Positions 7,352-15,297 of a stretch of 19,647 bases of DNA are shown one piece after another; within the stretch, counting starts at the first letter, position 1; every line of letters begins with the position of its first letter. Origin of the DNA: Candidatus Micrarchaeia archaeon. Its GTDB lineage: Archaea > Micrarchaeota > Micrarchaeia > Norongarragalinales > UBA8480. Position numbers and translations under genes: made by a program. The notes under the pieces are model-generated. The model ran no database searches. It saw nothing but the letters and a program-made list of their open reading frames with translations, and was not told the DNA's origin. The stretch lies in the NCBI GenBank assembly GCA_039794045.1, contig JBAMLY010000012.1, positions 1 to 19,647 of the forward strand, read 5' to 3'.

Positions 7352-8881
7352 TCACTCACCAAAAAACTCTTTGCGGGAAACATTCTTTCGCGCGGCGCCC
7401 ACCACCAACTCCCTGTCACGATAATAATGAGCCACCACCCTGCCAACGTCGTTGACGCCCCAAATCTTTTGCGCGAGCATCCACTTTAACACGCTCTCCT
7501 TCTCGCTCAAATCATTCTCCAACTCTTTGCCAGTCAAGCCCGTGTGCAACGCCATCTCGCTCGCCAACCGAATAAAGTCCCCCACCTTCACAAGGCGGTC
7601 CTCGCGCGCGTCCCACTTGTAGACTATGTTCAACGCGATGCCACCCTCTTGAGGCAAAACTTCCGCTACCTCGTAAGTGCGGCGCACGCCCGTCCTCCTC
7701 TGCCTGTACTGGACTACCACGAGATGAAGCGCGCCAATCATTTCCTCAGGCAAAGAAATCGGGGGGCCAACCAAGCGGTTCTTTACTTGCAGTGCCTCGT
7801 CCGCGTGAAGCGTCGAGTAAACAGCGTGCCCAGTATGCATCGCCTCAAACAACACCTCTGCTTCGCGCTGGCGCCTGATCTCGCCAAGCACTATCCTATC
7901 CGGCCGCATGCGCAACGAGTTCACCATCAAATCCAGCATCGTAACCTCGCCCTTTCCCTCAGGGTTAGGCATGCGCGTACACAAAGGAGTCCAGTGCAGG
8001 AAGTCCGGCAAAACGAGTTCACGAGTGTCCTCAATGCTGACCAAGCGCTGGTTCGGCGGAGTAAAGGCAAGCATCGCGTTCAAGAAAGAAGTCTTGCCAG
8101 ACGCAGTCCCGCCGCCCACGAGAACGTTCAACTCGTATTGCTGCGCCATCCAAATCAAAGCCGCCACCTCGGCAGACAAAGTATTCACGGCAGGGTCAAT
8201 GAAGTTCACTACAGTCCACGGGTCAGCGCGAAACTTGCGAATAGTAATGCCGTTGCCCTTCGTGGAAATCGGGTAAAGCGTGGCGTTCACGCGGCTGCCA
8301 CTCAACAAAGTAGCGTCCATTAAAGGATTCAAGTTCGTAATCTGCCGCCCCGCCTTCCTTCCCACCATCGAAGCATAATTCTGGATTTGCTCTTCAGACG
8401 AAACAAACACGTTAGTCTTCAGCCACCCAAACTTCTTGTGGTAAACCATGACAGGCTCTCGAGAATTGTTTATGACTACTTCCTCCAAATCCGCGTCAGC
8501 CAAAAGCAATTCAATCTCGCCCAAGCCAAACATTTCCTGCAACAACTTGCCTACAAGCAAGTCCTCCTCGTGCGGCCCAAGCCCACTCAACTCGCCGCGA
8601 ATTATTTCGTGCGCCTTGCCAGCCATTCGCGCCTTCACTCTCTCAGCCTCGCGCGGGTCAAGCATTTCCGACGTCTTGACATTCGCAGACTCAATTATTT
8701 TTTCCTTCAAGAACTCCAGCACCGCCCTCGTAGCCTCCTTCATTCGCACGTGCTTCAACTCATAGAAGTCCACGAACTCCCCTGGCTTCCGCGAAATCAC
8801 TACCTCGGCTGGCACGCCCTCGCTCTCGACAAAATAAGAAGCAAGCACTCGCACGCCAGTCCCTTCCCGCCTTAAAACCAT
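7352..8881 (-). CDS. Type IV pilus assembly ATPase (VirB11/TadA/CpaF family)
   Basis: LEEVVIN, TIRKF, Walker A GGTASGKT, Asp box SIEDTRE, Walker B LRMRPDRIVLGEIR, His box MHTGH..YSTLHA. Start moved to ATG 8881 (7 nt after the upstream stop) rather than 8929. Confidence 0.95.
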   Translation of the reverse strand: MVLRREGTGVRVLASYFVESEGVPAEVVISRKPGEFVDFYELKHVRMKEATRAVLEFLKEKIIESANVKTSEMLDPREAERVKARMAGKAHEIIRGELSGLGPHEEDLLVGKLLQEMFGLGEIELLLADADLEEVVINNSREPVMVYHKKFGWLKTNVFVSSEEQIQNYASMVGRKAGRQITNLNPLMDATLLSGSRVNATLYPISTKGNGITIRKFRADPWTVVNFIDPAVNTLSAEVAALIWMAQQYELNVLVGGGTASGKTSFLNAMLAFTPPNQRLVSIEDTRELVLPDFLHWTPLCTRMPNPEGKGEVTMLDLMVNSLRMRPDRIVLGEIRRQREAEVLFEAMHTGHAVYSTLHADEALQVKNRLVGPPISLPEEMIGALHLVVVQYRQRRTGVRRTYEVAEVLPQEGGIALNIVYKWDAREDRLVKVGDFIRLASEMALHTGLTGKELENDLSEKESVLKWMLAQKIWGVNDVGRVVAHYYRDRELVVGAARKNVSRKEFFGE

Positions 8882-8888
8882 TAACGCA

Positions 8889-9818
8889 TCACTTTCCCTT
8901 TCGCTTTCCAGCCACGCGCCTTCCAGCACTCCGCCGCGGCGCCACCGACTTCTTCAGCGCCTCCAACCTCGCCTCAGCATCAGCCTCGCTCGCGCGCTTC
9001 CTCTTCTTAGCCGGCGGCCTTAAAACCACTGGCTTGACGGCAGGCGCCGAAAAAGACTCGCTCACCTCACCCCTCCCGCCCCCAGTCTTCAAAGCCAAGC
9101 GCTCCCTCTCTTCAAACAAGTCAGCTGCAGTCTTCCCCGCCGGCGGCGCCGCCAACGCCGCACGCTTGCGAGACAACACGTTCCTCAAAACGCTTAACAA
9201 CTTCAACAAAAACTCGAAAATCCTCGCCAGCAACCCACCCCTCTCGCGAGCGCTCCGCGCCTCCACGCGCGAAAGGCGTTCCTGAAAATCAAGAATTCTT
9301 TCCCGCAACCGCTCTTCCTTCAAGCGCAGCTTATTAATTTCATCTTCAAACATCGCCGCCTGCTGGAGAATAAGCGAAAGAGAACGCTTAACCTCGCTTA
9401 TCTCGCTAGCAGTAAAGCCAGTGCTTCGCTCGAGCTTCGCCAGCTCCTCCTCGGCAGAGCTCAAGCGCCGCGTCAAGTCCTTCTCCATGAAAGAAATAAC
9501 GCCTTCAACCGCAGCAATCTCGCGCTGCAACTGCCTCGCTTCCTCGACGCGCTCGTCCCTTCCCTTCCTTTTTTCTTCTTCCTTCCCCGAGCCCACGCCC
9601 TTGCGGCTCACGAGCTCCACTCCAGAAAAAGAATAGCGCACGAAAAGCAAGCCGCTTTCCTCGAGAAGCAACGCCACTCTCTCCAAGTGGTCCTCGGAAA
9701 CACCGAGAGCCCTCGCAGCGCTGGAGAGCTTGACTCTCCCATTCAAGTCAACGTATTCCACGAGCCTATCTATTATAGTGTCAATCTTCTCCGACTCCAA
9801 CGCAACCAACCCACGCAA
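8889..9818 (-). CDS. Uncharacterised protein: N-terminal winged-HTH-like domain, long coiled coil, amphipathic helix, basic tail
   Basis: IDRLVEYV..NGRVKLSSAARALGVSEDHLERVALLLEESGLLFVRY fits a wHTH pattern; E/R/L heptad-rich centre; GGLLARIFEFLLKLLSVLRNVL is amphipathic. Confidence 0.72.
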   Translation of the reverse strand: MRGLVALESEKIDTIIDRLVEYVDLNGRVKLSSAARALGVSEDHLERVALLLEESGLLFVRYSFSGVELVSRKGVGSGKEEEKRKGRDERVEEARQLQREIAAVEGVISFMEKDLTRRLSSAEEELAKLERSTGFTASEISEVKRSLSLILQQAAMFEDEINKLRLKEERLRERILDFQERLSRVEARSARERGGLLARIFEFLLKLLSVLRNVLSRKRAALAAPPAGKTAADLFEERERLALKTGGGRGEVSESFSAPAVKPVVLRPPAKKRKRASEADAEARLEALKKSVAPRRSAGRRVAGKRKGK

Positions 9819-9847
9819 GAAATTAATTGCAGCGAGTTAATAACCTT
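9819..9847 (-). promoter_or_regulatory. Possible internal promoter for the wHTH-ATPase-platform genes
   Basis: 29-bp intergenic gap reading AAGGTTATTAA-CTCGCT-GCAATTAATTTC then TTG start on the - strand. Confidence 0.4.
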
Positions 9848-10810
9848 TCAGGAAGTCCGCTCCAAGACGACGACGGGCGAGAAAACCCGAGCGCTCCACT
9901 CCGGCGCCTCCACCAGCAAAGAAGAATTCACGCTCAAGAAAAAATCGCTGGAATTAAAAGTAATCCCAGAAACAGAATTGATTGAGCCACACGAGTAATT
10001 CAAGGAATCCCGCAACGACTCGCCAAACAACGCGTTCCCACCCAACGAGAAATTCAAGAAGCACGAGCTAGACTCGTTGACCGCGACAGACAACACAGCA
10101 GGAGAAGAAGAATTCCAGTAAAAAGACGAGTACGGACAAGAAACGCCGGGACCCCAACTCGGGCAAGAAAAAGAACGCCCCAAGCGGTCAGTAATCCTCA
10201 AAGAAAAAACCACGCAGTTAGGCGTTCCAGCAACGCAGTTCGCCGGAGCAGGAGACCAAGAGTAAAAAGACTGGTAAGAAGAATTAGTTGGGTCGTACTC
10301 GAAGGACTCATTAAAGGAAACATTGACTGCAACCACCGAAACCCCGCCGCAGCCGCTGTCCTCGCACCACGCAAGCAAAGAATTTTTTTCCCAAGCGTCA
10401 GCACCAGTAGCACGCAGCGGGTAATCATAAGCCACGCCAAACGGCTCCACACGCACTGGCGGCTTCAACTCAGACAACGAAGGCAAGAAAGAAACATTGT
10501 TGCCCGGCAGCCTGTAAACACGTGAAACAAAAGCGTCGTAGCCAGCCAAAGCAGCCGAAGAATTAAAGGAAGCCGGAAGCGAATCCAACAAAAAAACAGT
10601 TGAAGCATTCCGCCAAACCCGCAACTGCAACGCAGAAAAAACGTCTGCGCGCGCGTCACTCCAAGCATAAGCAACCTTCCTTCCAGCCTGCAAAGCATCA
10701 AAAGAAGGCCTCCAAAAATCTTTTTGCGCCGTCAAAGCCAGCGACAACAATACAGAGAAAAGCAAGAGAGCAGAAACCGAGAAAACAATTCCCTTCCTCA
10801 CCGCAACCAC
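9848..10810 (-). CDS. Minor pilin-like secreted protein (class III signal peptide), Cys- and sequon-rich
   Basis: RKG/IVFSVSALLLFSVLLSLAL; many N-x-S/T sequons and several Cys; overlaps upstream gene in the operon. Confidence 0.75.
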   Translation of the reverse strand: MVAVRKGIVFSVSALLLFSVLLSLALTAQKDFWRPSFDALQAGRKVAYAWSDARADVFSALQLRVWRNASTVFLLDSLPASFNSSAALAGYDAFVSRVYRLPGNNVSFLPSLSELKPPVRVEPFGVAYDYPLRATGADAWEKNSLLAWCEDSGCGGVSVVAVNVSFNESFEYDPTNSSYQSFYSWSPAPANCVAGTPNCVVFSLRITDRLGRSFSCPSWGPGVSCPYSSFYWNSSSPAVLSVAVNESSSCFLNFSLGGNALFGESLRDSLNYSCGSINSVSGITFNSSDFFLSVNSSLLVEAPEWSARVFSPVVVLERTS

Positions 10811-11310
10811 ACTACCGCGTCAGCCAAACCATAAACCGGAACGCCGTCCCTAAAAGAAAAAAACATTCTGCGCGCCACCCCAGAAAAAGCAAACGACTGC
10901 CGCCCCTCCTCGTTACTGGCAACGAAGTTCCTGCACAAGCAAAACCCGTTCGACGGCCCAGAAAGACTGCACGCCGGCCTGCAAGAACCGCTTCCCACGA
11001 ACTCGTAAAAACTAACGTTAACCAAGCCAGCCGCGTTAGCAGGCAAAGTAGAAGACAAGAAAGACTTCAAAACCGCGGCGGCTTGAACATCATCCAAAGA
11101 AAAAGTCTCGTTAAGCACGCCCGACTCATCCAAAGAAGCCAGCTCGTCGCCAGCCAGCACCTGCAAGTAAGAAGCAGTGACCTCCGTTCCACGCAGGCCA
11201 CTAGTAACCAACACGACAAACAAGAGAACCGCGACAATTATTACTACCGAGAAAGCCGCGTCAACAGCAAAGAAAAACCCTTTACGCACCACATCACGTC
11301 CTCGAAACAA
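10798..11310 (-). CDS. Minor pilin-like protein (class III signal peptide)
   Basis: RKG/FFFAVDAAFSVVIIVAVLLFVV; true start may be a GTG a few codons downstream. Confidence 0.8.
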   Translation of the reverse strand: MFRGRDVVRKGFFFAVDAAFSVVIIVAVLLFVVLVTSGLRGTEVTASYLQVLAGDELASLDESGVLNETFSLDDVQAAAVLKSFLSSTLPANAAGLVNVSFYEFVGSGSCRPACSLSGPSNGFCLCRNFVASNEEGRQSFAFSGVARRMFFSFRDGVPVYGLADAVVWLR

Positions 11311-11806
11311 CGAGCGTCAAAACCGCTGGCTGCCCGCCGTAGACGACCACGCGCTTGACTGGCGCAACGAAGACGGCACCGGCCGAGCCCACGCCAAAGA
11401 CCGCGGGAACCACCGAGCCATTAGCAAGCACAACTAAAACAGGCGAGCCACTCGCGTAACGCAACGCAAAAGAAAAATTGTAGCCGCCCAACCCAAGCAA
11501 GCGCGTGGCGTTCTCGTAGTCAAGCGACAAAAACGACGACAGCTTGCCGGCGTCAACCACGTTCTTCTCGCTCGCGAGACCAGGCACCACCACCGTGGAA
11601 GCATTCCAGTCCACCGGCACGCCCGACTCTTCCACCAGCCAAGAAGACGCGCGAAACGCCTTGAACGCAGCGCCCTCACTCTCGAAAGAAGAGTACGCCA
11701 CCAAGCCGTCGCGCGCGAAAAAATAGAATGGCACAACCACCAAGAAAAGCACGGCTCCCAAAACAAAGTCAAGAGAAGAAACTTGGCCGCGCTCACTCCC
11801 TTTCAA
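11294..11806 (-). CDS. Minor pilin-like protein (class III signal peptide)
   Basis: ERG/QVSSLDFVLGAVLFLVVV, followed by L...G.P.DW......GLA pattern; TTG start. Confidence 0.8.
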   Translation of the reverse strand: MKGSERGQVSSLDFVLGAVLFLVVVPFYFFARDGLVAYSSFESEGAAFKAFRASSWLVEESGVPVDWNASTVVVPGLASEKNVVDAGKLSSFLSLDYENATRLLGLGGYNFSFALRYASGSPVLVVLANGSVVPAVFGVGSAGAVFVAPVKRVVVYGGQPAVLTLVVSRT

Positions 11807-12230
11807 CTAAAACACTTCCTCCAACGCTTGAAACCACGAGCTTCCCAGGCGGCGCGAACGGACACGCCATGCAAGCAACCGACTTCGCGCGCACTCCAGC
11901 AAAATACGAGTCCCCGCCCCAGTAAACCGTCACGCCGTCACTAGAAACATTCAAGGAATACTCTTGCCCGCCAACCAATGCCGGCGGGTAAAAAGAGGCA
12001 TTGAAAGCACGAGAAAACCCCGCAGAGTTCACAAGCCCAGCCACCTCCTCTGCCACCGCCTTCGCTTCAACCAATGAATCAACTTCCGCTGCCTTAGCGC
12101 GCTCGCCGAAAGACAGCACAGAAACAAGCAACAACAACACTAACGCAAGCGAGAAAACTGCGAGAAACTCCATTGAAGCCTGGCAACGAAGGCCGCAACC
12201 ACGAAAACTACTGCTCCCCAATACGATCAC
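11793..12230 (-). CDS. Minor pilin-like protein (atypical RC/QASME cleavage site)
   Basis: LRC/QASMEFLAVFSLALVLLLLV; GTG start overlaps the upstream TGA stop. Confidence 0.8.
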   Translation of the reverse strand: MIVLGSSSFRGCGLRCQASMEFLAVFSLALVLLLLVSVLSFGERAKAAEVDSLVEAKAVAEEVAGLVNSAGFSRAFNASFYPPALVGGQEYSLNVSSDGVTVYWGGDSYFAGVRAKSVACMACPFAPPGKLVVSSVGGSVLVERE

Positions 12231-15200
12231 TGAATCGTTTTCACGCGCAAGAACGCGACGTCCAAGCTGTTCCGCGCGACGTCACGCGAGCGGTTCACGT
12301 CATCAAACCTCGCACGCACCGTGCCGCCGTTGTACTCTGCCTCGGAAAGCGAGTAGTTCAGCGTAGCGAAAGACGCGTTAGACAAGACGGCCGCCAAGTT
12401 CCAGGCCGTGCCGTTGAACACGCTCAACAAAGCGTTCTCGCCGTTCACGCGGTAGCGCAGCTGAAGCTCGTAAGCGCTTCCCGAAGGCACGCTTGAAGTA
12501 TCAAACGACACATTATAAGAATAGTTGTAGGGGCGAGCGACAATGCGAGCGTTATCAAAGTAAATCTTGACAGCCGGATTGCCTATAATTTGTGTTTGCA
12601 GGGTGGTGCTCACGACGAGCGAGTAAGAACCGCTCTCGTTCAACGCAGTGGCTGGAATAGAGTAATCAAGCGTGGAATTCCACGCAGCGTCAACAGCGTT
12701 AAAAGTTATTGGGCCGTAAAGCGTTACCGTCGCCCCGCTTGGCTTGACCAAGTAAAGAGTAAACGTGTTTGTTAAGCCGCGAGTGTAAACCGTTACCCTG
12801 CGGTCGAAAGACAACCTCACGCTCTCCGGCGTCTCCTCCGAGTAATTGAAGGAAGTAGTCCAGTTTATGGCGCCGACGCACCTGCGGCCGGCCGCACTAG
12901 CATAAATAGAGCCAGCAGGGTTGCCGTAAGCGCCGTCGAACGCCGCACTCAACCCGCCACTAGAACATCTGCCGCTCACCACGTAAGTCCAATTGGCGGC
13001 GCTTGCGTTAAAGTCGGGGTTCGAAACTAGTTGCGTGAAAGCGCCAGTGTTTTCCTCGAAGATGGTGGCGTAGTCGTCGCTCTCAGTTTGCGCGAATGAA
13101 AAGTTGTAGACGCTGCCCCAAGCCGCGTTGTAGCTCGACACGTAAGAATAGACTGGCTGGAGCGACACGGCAACCGTTCTAGTCTCTGAAACGTTGGAGA
13201 CGCCCGCCGAGTTGTTCGCCCAAACAAAGAAAGAATAGTTCCCTGAAGACAGAGAAGTCATGTTCCGGTAGCAAGTGGTGCCGTTCACCGTCATAGAATA
13301 GTTAGTGCCAGCCCAGTTGAGGACGCAGGCACTGGGAGGCTGCGAAACTGAAGCGTTCACGTAAACCCAGTTAAACGTAGTAGTTGAAGCGTTGTCGGGA
13401 GTAGGCGAAACAAAGTAAATCGTTGGAGCGGACGCCGTAGAAGAAAGCACGTAATAAGAATCCGTTGCGTTCGCGTCGTACTGCACTGAAGGCTGTTGCC
13501 TGTTCTTGAAAGTCTGCGCCCAAACTTCCGAGAGAAGCGAGTGCCCCCCAGAAATCGAGTAAAGCGAGTTGTTGACAGCTACACGCAAATTAGAATAAGA
13601 ACCATCTGAAGCCGCTTGAACCGAGTTAGACTCTCCTATCAGCGAGCGAGAGCCAGTGACTGGGTCGTAGTCATACAAGCGCACGAAAAACGCTGCAGCC
13701 CCCGAAGAGCCTGGCTTCAAGTCCGCCGCGTACAAGTTAAACAAGATTTCGCCAATCAAGTCAGTGTCACTCGAAAAGAATGGGTATTGGTACCAAGAAT
13801 AAATTCTTGCAGTCGACGGGAACTGGAAAGTCTGAGTAATGGTTTGCGTGACGCCGAACGGCGGCAAAGTATTAGCTACATCGCTTGTTTCAAACGACGC
13901 GTTGAAAGGAATTGGGGGGTAAGCATAGTGAAAGTGGTAGGGCACGCCCGCCTTCACTGTTATCGTCCTCGCTTCCGAAGCCGCAGTCGCGCCACTGGAG
14001 TCGTTAGCCCAAACCCTGAAAGAGTAAGAGCCGTCGTCTAAAACGAGTTGGTTTCGGTAGCAAGTGCTGCCGCTCACAGTCATAGAATAATTCGTGTTGT
14101 TCCATTCAAGCACGCAGGAAGACAAAGCGTAAGCTGAGTACACTGAAGCGTTCACGAACACGTAGTTCGTCATAACGACGGAGTTGTTGGCTGGAGTGGG
14201 CGGCACGAGCTTCACGAAAAGTGGGCCCGCACTCAAGTTGAGGACGTAGAACGAGTCAGTCGCGTTCGCGTCGTACTGCACTGAAGGCTGTTGCCTGTTG
14301 AAGGAAGTGTTCGCCCACACTTCCGAGAGAAGCGAGTGCCCCGGCGTCAAAAGGTACTGAGAGTTAGGCAAGGTCAAGGCAAGGTTAGAATAAGAAGCGT
14401 CTGCAGCAGCGTGAACCGAGTTAGACTCTCCTATCAGCGAGCGAGAGCCAGTGACTGGGTCGTAGTCATACAAGCGCACGAAAAACGCTGCAGCCCCCGA
14501 AGAGCCTGGCTTCAAGTCCGCCGCGTACAAGTTCACTGAAACGTTTCCGTTGACGTAGTAAGGCGCTTCAAAGAACGGGTAAGAATACCACGAGTAAACC
14601 AAGGCAACTGAAGGCTGTTGAAAAGTCTGAGTAATGGTTTGCGTGACCCCGTAAGGGTACTCGGTGGTCGCTATCTCAGTAGTATTGAATGACTCATTGA
14701 AAACAATTGGTGGGTACTTGTAGTGAAAGTGGTAGCCGTACAACCCGGGAGGAACCGGCGTGGGCGTAGCGGTTGGCGTGGCAGTGGGAGTAGCGGTAGG
14801 TGAGAAAGAAGGAACGCCAGCGCTGTAGTTAATGAATACCGTGCCAGAGTCGAGAGTGTAGACGTCAAAGAAATAGTTTCCTTCCAGCGTCGGCAGCGAG
14901 CCCACTACTGGCGCGCGCGTGACAGCGAAAACATCGGTTACCGCGCCGTTCACAGTAAACATTTGGAAAACGATTTCAGAGTTGTTGACGTAAGAGTTGT
15001 TGACGTAGCCTGGAACGTAAACCATTGCTTGCGTGCGAGAGCCAGGGCCTTGAGCGTAAACCAAGTCCGCCGCGGCGGCGAGGCGGTTCGCCGCGATTTG
15101 AGCCGCAGAAATCGCGTTACTCGTTTGCGCTTGATTATAGGAATAGTAAAGGAAAGGAAGCAAGACAGCCAAAAGCAAGGCTACCAACGCAAGGTATTCA

Positions 15201-15232
15201 ATGCCGGTTTGAGCCCGCAAAATAAAATGCAT
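12227..15232 (-). CDS. Large pilin-anchored adhesin-like surface protein (1001 aa) with duplicated beta-sandwich/Ig-like modules
   Basis: LRA/QTGIEYLALVALLLAVLL class III signal, pilin-like head, (PTAT)n linker, two ~265-aa repeats, C-terminal LVSNPDF...NW carbohydrate-binding-like region, more than 30 N-x-S/T sequons by rough count. Confidence 0.88.
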   Translation of the reverse strand: MHFILRAQTGIEYLALVALLLAVLLPFLYYSYNQAQTSNAISAAQIAANRLAAAADLVYAQGPGSRTQAMVYVPGYVNNSYVNNSEIVFQMFTVNGAVTDVFAVTRAPVVGSLPTLEGNYFFDVYTLDSGTVFINYSAGVPSFSPTATPTATPTATPTPVPPGLYGYHFHYKYPPIVFNESFNTTEIATTEYPYGVTQTITQTFQQPSVALVYSWYSYPFFEAPYYVNGNVSVNLYAADLKPGSSGAAAFFVRLYDYDPVTGSRSLIGESNSVHAAADASYSNLALTLPNSQYLLTPGHSLLSEVWANTSFNRQQPSVQYDANATDSFYVLNLSAGPLFVKLVPPTPANNSVVMTNYVFVNASVYSAYALSSCVLEWNNTNYSMTVSGSTCYRNQLVLDDGSYSFRVWANDSSGATAASEARTITVKAGVPYHFHYAYPPIPFNASFETSDVANTLPPFGVTQTITQTFQFPSTARIYSWYQYPFFSSDTDLIGEILFNLYAADLKPGSSGAAAFFVRLYDYDPVTGSRSLIGESNSVQAASDGSYSNLRVAVNNSLYSISGGHSLLSEVWAQTFKNRQQPSVQYDANATDSYYVLSSTASAPTIYFVSPTPDNASTTTFNWVYVNASVSQPPSACVLNWAGTNYSMTVNGTTCYRNMTSLSSGNYSFFVWANNSAGVSNVSETRTVAVSLQPVYSYVSSYNAAWGSVYNFSFAQTESDDYATIFEENTGAFTQLVSNPDFNASAANWTYVVSGRCSSGGLSAAFDGAYGNPAGSIYASAAGRRCVGAINWTTSFNYSEETPESVRLSFDRRVTVYTRGLTNTFTLYLVKPSGATVTLYGPITFNAVDAAWNSTLDYSIPATALNESGSYSLVVSTTLQTQIIGNPAVKIYFDNARIVARPYNYSYNVSFDTSSVPSGSAYELQLRYRVNGENALLSVFNGTAWNLAAVLSNASFATLNYSLSEAEYNGGTVRARFDDVNRSRDVARNSLDVAFLRVKTIQ
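13165..14734 (-). repeat. Intragenic tandem duplication, period 795 bp (265 codons)
   Basis: Units start at YHFHY (14734 and 13939). Identical blocks at offset 795: 13617-13738/14412-14533 (122 bp), 13467-13504/14262-14299 (38 bp), 13827-13852/14622-14647 (26 bp), 13524-13547/14319-14342 (24 bp). Left boundary approximate. Confidence 0.95.
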
Positions 15233-15238
15233 TAACGA

Positions 15239-15297
15239 GAATTACTCGCGCGCAATATAAAAACAACGCTTTTATACGGCGAGCGAGTGCGTAATTC
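15239..15297. promoter_or_regulatory. Dyad-symmetric bidirectional promoter (back-to-back TATA boxes)
   Basis: TTTTTATA on - strand (15256-15263) 23 nt before ATG 15232; TTTTATA on + strand (15270-15276) 21 nt before ATG 15298; arms 15244-15262 and 15270-15288 are inverted repeats (16/19). Confidence 0.7.

Noticed and set aside
5656..12496. Numerous long + strand ORFs opposite the Tad operon (e.g. 7544-8323, 10600-11358)
   Set aside because: Antisense to well-supported genes; the T-poor + strand has few stop codons, so long shadow ORFs are expected.
13467..14647. Diversity-generating retroelement template/variable repeat pair
   Set aside because: Both copies are in-frame parts of one gene, mismatches checked (13505-13523 vs 14300-14318) are not adenine-specific, and no reverse transcriptase is in the window.
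14745..14803. Short repeat region as CRISPR or DNA tandem repeat
   Set aside because: Encodes the (PTAT)n linker with varied codons; no constant repeat-spacer structure anywhere in the window.
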